The position numbers and the translations under genes are program-made. 46,780 bases of DNA from positions 1 to 46,780 of the IMG/VR virus record IMGVR_UViG_3300050162_000282, one strand, 5' to 3'. The stretch's first letter is position 1, and each line of letters opens with the position of its first letter. The notes beneath the pieces are model-generated. The model worked only from the letters and a program-made list of their open reading frames with translations, ran no database searches and was not told the DNA's origin. Positions 8,609-15,918 of this stretch are shown here, piece after piece. The stretch is from a virus (taxonomy: Duplodnaviria > Caudoviricetes).

Positions 8609-8866
8609 ATGGTTAAGAAAAAACCAATTGCCGTTAAGAAAAAGACCGCCGTAGCAAAGAGAATTGTTAACAAGATGAAACCGAATCAGTTGCCAAAAAA
8701 TACTAAGACCACAATCCGAATCAATAAGGCCATCAAAGATCGTCTTAAAAAAGATGGGATTTCAATTCAAAGAGAAGTCGATAATCTGATTAACAAACTA
8801 TATGACAAAATTGATATTGATCAAGCAATTGCAAAAGAGCTTGATGAAAAACTAAAAAAAAAATAA
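8609..8866 (+). CDS. Putative ribbon-helix-helix DNA-binding protein
   Basis: TKTTIRINKAIKDRLKK beta-helix pattern; GAGG RBS. Confidence 0.6.
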   Translation: MVKKKPIAVKKKTAVAKRIVNKMKPNQLPKNTKTTIRINKAIKDRLKKDGISIQREVDNLINKLYDKIDIDQAIAKELDEKLKKK

Positions 8867-8873
8867 GTAACCT

Positions 8874-9302
8874 TAAGAGATCCTGAAATATAAATTAGAA
8901 TTTATTTTGTTATGCTCATATAATTTTATCCCGATAAAATAAGCATGAAGAGCATTAATTCCATTTATATTTTTATATCCGATCACTATACTGCAATAAT
9001 TTCCACTCTAACATTTGTAGGTATGATGATTATCGGATTCTTCCAAATCCCCAAAAAAAAGAAATGCCCATTTTGCAATAAAGAACTAGTTGCAATTAAG
9101 TCTGAATATCAAAAGTCAAATGGGTTAAAAATAATAAATTCCGGCGAAGACATTCCTACAAATAAGCAAGTTATCTATTACAAGTGTCCAAAGTGTGAAT
9201 TCACACATGAAGAAATATTTTAATATCATAGAGGTTAATTATGGCAAAGAGTACATCTATAAAAAAAAGAGCTCCAACTTTACACTAAGAGATCCTGAAA
9301 TA
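8874..9302 (+). repeat. 17-nt direct repeat TAAGAGATCCTGAAATA (8874-8890, 9286-9302) flanking one gene
   Basis: Exact match seen. Confidence 0.85.
8945..9223 (+). CDS. Membrane-anchored zinc-ribbon protein
   Basis: N-terminal TM helix, CPFC...CPKC. Confidence 0.65.
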   Translation: MKSINSIYIFISDHYTAIISTLTFVGMMIIGFFQIPKKKKCPFCNKELVAIKSEYQKSNGLKIINSGEDIPTNKQVIYYKCPKCEFTHEEIF

Positions 9303-9316
9303 AAAAATCAAAACGT

Positions 9317-9343
9317 AAAGAAGAAAACTTTAAGCCCGATATG
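9317..9343 (+). promoter_or_regulatory. Sigma28 (FliA)-type promoter candidate
   Basis: TAAA-N15-CCCGATAT versus consensus TAAA-N15-GCCGATAA. Confidence 0.45.
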
Positions 9344-9364
9344 TAATTCAAAAAAAGGAATTAT

Positions 9365-10060
9365 ATGTCTATTAACTTCACACAAAAAATTATTGATATT
9401 GCCAGTGTATTTAAAATTCAAAATAAACATGAGCAAAATAAAATAATAAAATACAACAATTCATTTATAAATTGCACGACCTTAAAAATTAAGAAAGATT
9501 ACTTTGAATTTAACTTTGGTAATTCGAGATACAATAACCGTGTAACAGGAAACTATAAATTAATTGAAGAGTTTTACTCTGATTTTATTTCGGCCGATAC
9601 TGTTAAACAAAAAAAGTCGCTTTATGAGAAGTATAAAATAAAAATTCAATCTAAAGAAATTGTTCTTCCAGACATTGAAGAACATATTAAATGTATTATC
9701 AAATCCGCAACAGAAGAAACTCCGTATAATTATTTTTCTTTCTGGAGGAAAATAACCCCGGAAATTTTAAATGAAGAATCAATGATGGAAGTTTTCTCAC
9801 ATTCAATTAGAATGCAAATGTGCTGTGACAATCAAATTACATTTTTTAAAGAAAATAATTCAGCAGATTATATCCAAGTTCTTGCAATTACAGATGGGCA
9901 AGCGGGTGATATTTGTTTTGAAGATCATAAAGGGGTTTTTGAAATAAACTACGATTACGCCTTACCACATTTTATTGGATGCAGATGTAGCTATTCACCC
10001 TTGTTTAGCTACATTAAGAAATACAAGAAAGAAATTGAAGCTTCAAAAAGACTAGATTAA
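9365..10060 (+). CDS. Accessory protein with C-terminal MuF-like domain (paralog of 38276..39262)
   Basis: DYIQVLAITDG...PHFIGCRCSYSPLFSYIKKY aligns with DFVQIIAITDG...PFHPNCRSVLSPLFSYIKKY. Confidence 0.75.
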   Translation: MSINFTQKIIDIASVFKIQNKHEQNKIIKYNNSFINCTTLKIKKDYFEFNFGNSRYNNRVTGNYKLIEEFYSDFISADTVKQKKSLYEKYKIKIQSKEIVLPDIEEHIKCIIKSATEETPYNYFSFWRKITPEILNEESMMEVFSHSIRMQMCCDNQITFFKENNSADYIQVLAITDGQAGDICFEDHKGVFEINYDYALPHFIGCRCSYSPLFSYIKKYKKEIEASKRLD

Positions 10061-10064
10061 AGAA

Positions 10065-10496
10065 TTACTTTTCTTTAATTATTTTTAAAACTTTGTTTAG
10101 AGTATTTTTCCTTGTTGAAATATTAATAAGTTTTAGCTGTTGAGATAGATTATTTGCCAGCTCGATGGCCTTTTCGATTTCTAAATTATTTTTATCTGTG
10201 TTTATACAAAAAAACTTAGGCATCAGTACTTCTAAAATATAATCTTTCGAAGGTGCATTTACAGGACAATCTTTGCTGTGTATGTAAGAGTGAAGACTGG
10301 CCGGTATTTGAACAAGGTTTCCTGGATCATTGTTTTGTTTGTTGAAGTCGCAATGATGAACGTGCCATCTGTTGGGAATTTTCCCATCTGTTTTTTCACT
10401 GATAACCCTATGTATAATGTTATATTTTTCATCACACAAATACCCGGCCTTTATATATTTTCGTGCCTTTTCTTTTTTCTTTTTATTAGGCGTCAT
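10065..10496 (-). CDS. HNH endonuclease
   Basis: HR..., HVHHCDFNKQNNDPGNL...H...H motif. Confidence 0.85.
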   Translation of the reverse strand: MTPNKKKKEKARKYIKAGYLCDEKYNIIHRVISEKTDGKIPNRWHVHHCDFNKQNNDPGNLVQIPASLHSYIHSKDCPVNAPSKDYILEVLMPKFFCINTDKNNLEIEKAIELANNLSQQLKLINISTRKNTLNKVLKIIKEK

Positions 10497-10723
10497 GAAA
10501 CCTCACGCAGCATGGTTGCGAGTTTTATATTTTAATTGTGAGATGATTTTCTAGGCTCGTTGTTTCGTAAATATCTTGCATTCACACTCATCACTTTTAT
10601 TTTTAAATAGTTTGCTATGAAAATAAATTCTAGGTTCACTGTTTCAAAAACTTTGACCCGATAGCAAATGCAATTAACCCGAAAATAATTTCTAATTTTA
10701 GAAAGATATTTTTAGGGGGTTGC

Positions 10724-11485
10724 ATGGAAACGCAAATAGAGAAACCATCATTTGATGAAGTTTATTCTTATGCTACGAAATCTATCGCTCATGCAATTTT
10801 TAAAAATGCCTACTATTTTCCGAACGAAATAAAAGAAGAACTTGAACAAGAAGCAATGCTTCGAGTTTGGAAAGCTTACCAAGTCTTAGATGTATCTAAG
10901 GGATGGAAGTCTTTTATTCAGCTTCATTGCACAGGTGCAGTTTTAGATTATTTAAAAAAAGGCGAACAAAGCACAGAGGCCGAAGTTGAGCTCGAGCAAC
11001 TGCAAGTGATTAATCGTGAAAACGATGACGGGCCTCTGAGCGTTGAAGAGATTGCTGGAATTTTCGAAGATCACTTTGAAGGCGAAATAAAAAAATCAAT
11101 TGATCCAAACTGGGAATTGATTTCAAAAATGGCATGCAAGGATGAAAACCTTCACATCGTGGCCAAGATTCTTTTAGGTTTCAGTCAAGATGCAATTGCA
11201 AAGCAGTTTGAAGTTGCTTATTCTCCAGAAATTTCACGAGAAAGAATTTCACAAAAGTATCATGAATTTTTCAAAAAGCTCGACTCTCCTGAGTTCATCA
11301 ATGATCCATGGGTTAATCAATGTATCTACGCCCTAGGATTGAGTGATATTTTCAAACAGGCAAAATTAGACAATGGATTGGGTTGGGATCTACCCTCGAT
11401 CGATTTAAGCGACACTGAGAGCTTCAAAACAATTCGAAAAATGTTTGCACCTTCTATCTTTGATGTGATTGATTTAGATCAATAA
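10724..11485 (+). CDS. Sigma-70 family (FliA/group 3-like) sigma factor
   Basis: Region 2 EELEQEAMLRVWKA..GAVLDYLKK; region 4 SQDAIAKQF..ISRERISQ. Confidence 0.75.
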   Translation: METQIEKPSFDEVYSYATKSIAHAIFKNAYYFPNEIKEELEQEAMLRVWKAYQVLDVSKGWKSFIQLHCTGAVLDYLKKGEQSTEAEVELEQLQVINRENDDGPLSVEEIAGIFEDHFEGEIKKSIDPNWELISKMACKDENLHIVAKILLGFSQDAIAKQFEVAYSPEISRERISQKYHEFFKKLDSPEFINDPWVNQCIYALGLSDIFKQAKLDNGLGWDLPSIDLSDTESFKTIRKMFAPSIFDVIDLDQ

Positions 11486-11509
11486 AAAAGCCCCAATTAA
11501 GGGGCTTTT
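11484..11509. terminator. Bidirectional intrinsic terminator
   Basis: AAAAAAGCCCC-AATTAA-GGGGCTTTT. Confidence 0.85.
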
Positions 11510-11562
11510 GTTTTGTATTTTGGCTGAACCCACAAGTGTTTCCACCTTTTGGTCGGGGTAGC
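11485..11562 (-). ncRNA. Putative antisense antitoxin sRNA (~78 nt)
   Basis: Own promoter, GAAA-capped internal hairpin, terminator; complementary to 11730-11749, 11772-11781 and 11816-11825 of the divergent mRNA. Confidence 0.75.
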
Positions 11563-11568
11563 AGTTAG

Positions 11569-11596
11569 ATTGTACCACACATCACTATTCGCACAA
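11569..11596 (-). promoter_or_regulatory. Sigma70 promoter of the sRNA
   Basis: TTGTGC-N16-TACAAT with extended -10 TG. Confidence 0.7.
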
Positions 11597-11621
11597 AATT
11601 AAAAAAACTTGAAAAAATAAC

Positions 11622-11650
11622 TTGCATAGCGTAATCTCTTATGCTACAAT
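11622..11650 (+). promoter_or_regulatory. Sigma70 promoter of toxin/HTH transcript with embedded GCATA..TATGC palindrome
   Basis: TTGCAT-N17-TACAAT with extended -10 TG. Confidence 0.8.
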
Positions 11651-11722
11651 TAAAACAAGGGAAGACAAAAGATCAACTTATCGGAATTGTGGGGAATAAC
11701 CCCCCTATAGCCGGAGGCCCTT

Positions 11723-11806
11723 GTGGCTAGTTTTGTATTTTGGCTGAACATTACTTCGTTGGTGATTGGGATTTTGGTCGGTCTTAAATCACTGCTAAAG
11801 AAGTAG
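11723..11806 (+). CDS. Putative type I toxin peptide, 27 aa (not in ORF track)
   Basis: GGAGG RBS, GTG start; MASFVFWLNITSLVIGILVGLKSLLKK, one TM helix with basic tail. Confidence 0.75.
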   Translation: MASFVFWLNITSLVIGILVGLKSLLKK

Positions 11807-11818
11807 TTTTCACCAGTC

Positions 11819-11852
11819 GGGTAGCGAGAAATCGCTACTCTTCCCTTTCTTT
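11819..11852 (+). terminator. Hairpin terminator/attenuator after toxin ORF
   Basis: GGGTAGCGA-GAAA-TCGCTACTC followed by a pyrimidine run. Confidence 0.65.
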
Positions 11853-11860
11853 AGGAAAAT

Positions 11861-12082
11861 ATGAAAAAAGAAATAAAAGACAAACTACTAGAAAAAATTT
11901 TATTAAAAATGAAAGAGCAGAATATCTCTCAGGCAAAGCTTGGCGAAATGCTTGGAGGAACAGAGAGAAGAGTTATAAATCGACAGTTAAACTCAGATCA
12001 AACATCGATTGAAAAATATTTGGATTTTGCCGAAGCACTAAAAATAAAAGTAGAAATTAGGTTTTTAGACGAGTTAGAGTAA
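11861..12082 (+). CDS. XRE-family HTH regulator
   Basis: ISQAKLGEML..SIEKYLDFAEAL. Confidence 0.8.
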   Translation: MKKEIKDKLLEKILLKMKEQNISQAKLGEMLGGTERRVINRQLNSDQTSIEKYLDFAEALKIKVEIRFLDELE

Positions 12083-12452
12083 TTTCGATTCTCTCTTTTG
12101 GATCGTTAAATATTTTCAAACTTCCATCGTGAGAATATACAAGCTTGTCATCAACATACACTTCACATTTTTGCAAAAGATCTTGAACGCCTTCATAGCA
12201 ATTTGAGAGATCCGGCTCATGCTGATGATTCTTGAGATATACCTTCATGCATAGATTGACTGGATAGTTTATCAGTAAATCTTTTTTTGCTCGCATAATA
12301 AAAGGTGCTGCAAAGAGTTCCCATTGCTCATAACGTTCAGACGATCTAAAAAATGGTTTCCGAGAATATTTATTGAACCCGATTTGCTTTGAGTTTTTCT
12401 TTATTCCAGGCCTTCCAGGAATCACACAATGAAACAAAATTTCTTCACTCAT
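12057..12452 (-). CDS. rusA: RusA-like Holliday junction resolvase
   Basis: KKNS, PDLSN...DLL...DDK, ERIEITL. Confidence 0.8.
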   Translation of the reverse strand: MSEEILFHCVIPGRPGIKKNSKQIGFNKYSRKPFFRSSERYEQWELFAAPFIMRAKKDLLINYPVNLCMKVYLKNHQHEPDLSNCYEGVQDLLQKCEVYVDDKLVYSHDGSLKIFNDPKERIEITLTRLKT

Positions 12453-13024
12453 AGATTTTTTAAACTCAATAATCTGTTTGAGCGATTAAGCCAACCGTTT
12501 AAAAATTTTCTTTGAGTAATATTTTTTTCAACAATTTGATTGAATCCTAAATCACAAAGTTTTTTGAACTTGTCTAAAAATTCATTTGGATCTGCCGAGT
12601 TGATAATTGATAGGTCGCTTGTTCCATATAGTTGATTACAATACTTGGGAGGTACGCCAACACCTCGAACAAATCCAATATCACAAAGTGCACAGGCAAC
12701 TCCTTTATTTTTAATTCTATCGAGATCAAGTTTTTCCCAATATAGTTTTCTGAATACATACCTAGCATCGTCCTTAGATAAGTCTTTTATGTTTTGAGAT
12801 GTTGCATTTTTAAATCCAAGCTGAATCAAATCATCCAAAATCACTCCGTACTTGGTAACACCTCCAGAATCAAATTCTTCATTTGAAAGTCCACCCTCGT
12901 TATCCATTGTGTAAGAATAAGCAAAGTCAAAATTTTCACTTACTGGAAATGAATAGCCTTCTGGAATCACCTTGATTGGAGAATATTTTTTAAACATGTC
13001 TTTTACTCTTGAAATCAAACTCAT
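12449..13024 (-). CDS. Endolysin, glycoside hydrolase family 108
   Basis: EGG...DSGGVTKYGV, YW, C-term QRKFLNGWLNR. Confidence 0.9.
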   Translation of the reverse strand: MSLISRVKDMFKKYSPIKVIPEGYSFPVSENFDFAYSYTMDNEGGLSNEEFDSGGVTKYGVILDDLIQLGFKNATSQNIKDLSKDDARYVFRKLYWEKLDLDRIKNKGVACALCDIGFVRGVGVPPKYCNQLYGTSDLSIINSADPNEFLDKFKKLCDLGFNQIVEKNITQRKFLNGWLNRSNRLLSLKNL

Positions 13025-13027
13025 GGA

Positions 13028-13351
13028 TTATTCCGGATCAACTTCAAGCAATGCACTGGGAGTCTCTGACTTCTTGGGAAGAGCTTGATCTAAAATGTTG
13101 TTAAAATCTTTTTCAGGCAAAGCAACAAAGTGAACTGCTTGCAAACTGCAAACTGAAACAAATTCAATTTTTCCAGTATTTAATTTTCTGTAAAATCCAT
13201 AGTTCTTTAATTCTGGATCTCTTGCACAAATTGGTTGAATTGAATCGTTAAAATTGTTAAGCCAAATCGTTGCTTGAATTTGCTCTCTTGTTACACAAGA
13301 AACAAAAAACAATGAGATTAATATTAAAATTATAAAATTTATTATTTTCAT
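13028..13351 (-). CDS. Lipoprotein, probable o-spanin
   Basis: Signal with lipobox FVSC; in lysis cassette. Confidence 0.65.
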   Translation of the reverse strand: MKIINFIILILISLFFVSCVTREQIQATIWLNNFNDSIQPICARDPELKNYGFYRKLNTGKIEFVSVCSLQAVHFVALPEKDFNNILDQALPKKSETPSALLEVDPE

Positions 13352-13608
13352 TATTTAACTCCAGGGAGTGAGTCAACAATCACTGATCCCTCTACTCCGC
13401 TCAATTCGCCTGCTCTTGAACTTCCCATCGTTTTTTCTAACTCTCTTTGATCTTGCAGGGTAATTGCGTTTTTGATGATCTCTACATCTTCTTTTTTCAT
13501 TGAATCGATTCTTGCATTTGTGTATTCTACGACAAGCTGTTGAATCCATTTGTCCACCACGGGAATTGCTTTAGCGATTGATAAGACCGCCGCTATAAAT
13601 GCACTCAT
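13351..13608 (-). CDS. Probable i-spanin-like protein
   Basis: Hydrophobic N-term, helical; precedes lipoprotein. Confidence 0.45.
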   Translation of the reverse strand: MSAFIAAVLSIAKAIPVVDKWIQQLVVEYTNARIDSMKKEDVEIIKNAITLQDQRELEKTMGSSRAGELSGVEGSVIVDSLPGVK

Positions 13609-13754
13609 TATTTACCTGACAATTTTTTAGAAACATTAACTATAAGTTGAATCCAACCATTAGATTGAAGCTTTGGGTTCAAAGACATTAACTCAGATCC
13701 AATTAGAAACAGAATCGAAGCAATCAATGGAATATTATTTATCAATGTAGTCAT
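13608..13754 (-). CDS. 48-aa holin-like peptide (not in ORF track)
   Basis: MTTLINNIPLIASILFLIGSELMSLNPKLQSNGWIQLIVNVSKKLSGK; GGAG RBS. Confidence 0.6.
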   Translation of the reverse strand: MTTLINNIPLIASILFLIGSELMSLNPKLQSNGWIQLIVNVSKKLSGK

Positions 13755-13765
13755 TTTTTAACTCC

Positions 13766-13792
13766 AAAAAAAACGGCCCTATTTCTAGGGCC
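13766..13792 (-). terminator. Intrinsic terminator in front of lysis cassette
   Basis: GGCCCTAG-AAA-TAGGGCC followed by a T run on minus strand. Confidence 0.7.
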
Positions 13793-13798
13793 ATAAAA

Positions 13799-14041
13799 TT
13801 ATGCTTTTAATTTTTTAGCTAATGAAGCAATTGCAAGTGCCGCAGTATCGTAGATAGCGTCATCTTTTAATTCTTCAGAAATTAAATTTACACCTTCAAG
13901 TGCAGCGATAAATTTTGGTAAAACATCTGAAGCAATTTCAGCTGCAGTTTTCTTTGCTTTAATATCAACGGCAACTGCTTCGATTAAATCGAAAACTTCT
14001 TTTACTTCTTTACAAACTTTTACTTCTTGAACTTCAATCAT
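13799..14041 (-). CDS. Hypothetical helical protein
   Basis: ORF with RBS. Confidence 0.6.
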   Translation of the reverse strand: MIEVQEVKVCKEVKEVFDLIEAVAVDIKAKKTAAEIASDVLPKFIAALEGVNLISEELKDDAIYDTAALAIASLAKKLKA

Positions 14042-14103
14042 AAATACTCCCTAATAGATAAATTTCTATATGGTAATAATCGAGATCAAATAAAAAATGG
14101 AAG

Positions 14104-14745
14104 CTAAGAGAAGATGACTTCTCCGGATGAAGGTATTACTCGTACATCGTTAGAGTCTTCTGTACCTGTAGGAGTAACTCTTGTAATTGTGACTTTTAAA
14201 ATATCGCCTGGAGAAACTAAAATATTATTAATTTTTCCGCTTGAATCAGTTAAGTCATAAACAATTTCTAAATTTTGATATTGCGTTGATGGGATTAATT
14301 GATCACCATTTGTAGAAGAGTATTGATTAGAAGAACTATTAACGGCATCAATTCCTTTTCTTACTAGTGTAGCTACAGATTGAGTTCTAAAATTATTTGA
14401 AGTTCCTGATGAGTATTGATTCAGCTTAAGCTTAATAGGTGTACCTGAAATATATGATGCCGGTACATGACAAATAAATCCCTTAGATTGCCCAAGTCCT
14501 TGTGAAAATAAAAAAGATTCAAAATCAAATTCAAAATTTTTCACAGGAGAAATACCTGATACATCATACCATGTTAAATTTCTCTGGGCCGTAACTCCAA
14601 TCTCGCGAACAAAATCAACCCCATTGTTTCCACGAAGAAATATTCTTCCATCATAAGAATTAGTTGCAACTTCCCCCAACGTCATTGAAGTCGTTGAGGG
14701 AGTTATATTCTGATTAGTTTTTCTTCGAGGGATTATTCCTGGCAC
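14104..14745 (-). CDS. Fibre/receptor-binding module protein
   Basis: Mtd_N-like N-term (LGEVATNSYDGRIF); C-term paralogous to 22722..23843. Confidence 0.65.
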   Translation of the reverse strand: MPGIIPRRKTNQNITPSTTSMTLGEVATNSYDGRIFLRGNNGVDFVREIGVTAQRNLTWYDVSGISPVKNFEFDFESFLFSQGLGQSKGFICHVPASYISGTPIKLKLNQYSSGTSNNFRTQSVATLVRKGIDAVNSSSNQYSSTNGDQLIPSTQYQNLEIVYDLTDSSGKINNILVSPGDILKVTITRVTPTGTEDSNDVRVIPSSGEVIFS

Positions 14746-14755
14746 TAATTATTCC

Positions 14756-15631
14756 TTAAAAAACACCACAATCAATCGTGCTATTTGTGATTCCAACTCC
14801 GTCAATTGATCCACCCGTAATTGACACTGCACTTGAGCTTTGGGTTGCCATCGTTCCAAGGCCTAAATTACCTCTTGCTGCCGATGCATTAGTAAGATCA
14901 GATAAGTTATTTGAAGCGATTAATCTCGAATTGATTTGAGCTTGTAATTTACCAAGGGCCACAAGTATAGAATCAGTAGCACTAATTGCAGAGTTCGTTG
15001 CTGTTGCAAGCCCTGTGAGTACTGTGTTTAAAACTCGCGACACTGTAAAATAGAAATTAGTAGTTCCTTCTGCAATGTTATCTGTATTTAGTACAACTGC
15101 GCCTGCCTGACCATTAACGGTTGAAACCTTATTTTGGTTATCAATATAATCCCAAGCACTGCCATCATAAGTCGCCCAGTCACCAACACCGTAAGTGTGC
15201 CCTGAAATTGTTCCGGCCACGTTTATAATGTAGTAATCGCCTTTAGATGGGGTTGATGGATATGATCCAGCAGAAGCATCTAAAGTTCCTTTGTAAGTTA
15301 AAGCACCTGCTGAAACTTGTGAAAGAAGAGATTTAACAAAGGCAGTTGTAGCTACTTTTGTTGAGTTATCCGTGCCACTTGGAGTTGGGGCAACAGGTGA
15401 AGAGCTAAATGTTTTAACTCCATCAATAACTTGATCAGTGGTGCGATTTACATAAGCACCACTTCCTGCAATAGGAATAATAGTTGTGGCAACACCCGAG
15501 CCATTATCTCCATAGCCTAAATATAAAATATTATCTTGTTCGTTATAAGCTGGCTCTGTAGTTCCTAGAGATGCCGGTGCTCCCGGTGCTCCGCCTGCCG
15601 CTCTTCGTTTAAGTCTTAAAATTGAACTCAT
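14756..15631 (-). CDS. Tail/whisker fibre protein
   Basis: GVKTFSSSPVAPT..STKVATTAFV, SNNLSDLTNASAARGNLGL, VSTVNGQAG fibre motifs. Confidence 0.8.
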   Translation of the reverse strand: MSSILRLKRRAAGGAPGAPASLGTTEPAYNEQDNILYLGYGDNGSGVATTIIPIAGSGAYVNRTTDQVIDGVKTFSSSPVAPTPSGTDNSTKVATTAFVKSLLSQVSAGALTYKGTLDASAGSYPSTPSKGDYYIINVAGTISGHTYGVGDWATYDGSAWDYIDNQNKVSTVNGQAGAVVLNTDNIAEGTTNFYFTVSRVLNTVLTGLATATNSAISATDSILVALGKLQAQINSRLIASNNLSDLTNASAARGNLGLGTMATQSSSAVSITGGSIDGVGITNSTIDCGVF

Positions 15632-15640
15632 TTTTTTCTC

Positions 15641-15907
15641 CTAAAAGTTTCCAGAGTCTATGACTAAATTGTTAATCGGATTTTCTATTGAAAGTGTTCG
15701 TGTATCTTGATTAAATGCAAGAGGCGATAAAACATTTATCGTATCAATTCCACCCGCAGGGCCTCTTTCTCCCTGATCTCCCTTGTCGCCTTTATCACCC
15801 TTGTCGCCCTTCTCTCCTTGAATGCCTGGTAAACCATTTGCACCTGGAGCGGCAACTTCTCGAACGATAATTTTTTCAGTTTCTTTTGTCCTAATTATTG
15901 AACGCAA
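15641..15907 (-). CDS. Short collagen-like fibre protein
   Basis: GxY triplets (GDK repeats). Confidence 0.7.
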   Translation of the reverse strand: MRSIIRTKETEKIIVREVAAPGANGLPGIQGEKGDKGDKGDKGDQGERGPAGGIDTINVLSPLAFNQDTRTLSIENPINNLVIDSGNF

Positions 15908-15918
15908 GCTTCCTCCGA

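Noticed and set aside
11657-11847. tRNA, C4-type RNA or guide RNA for the adjacent sigma factor
   Set aside because: No tRNA arms; it contains an RBS-led ORF, and the matching repeats are explained by a separately promoted antisense RNA; no Cas12f/TnpB/IS110-like protein is encoded
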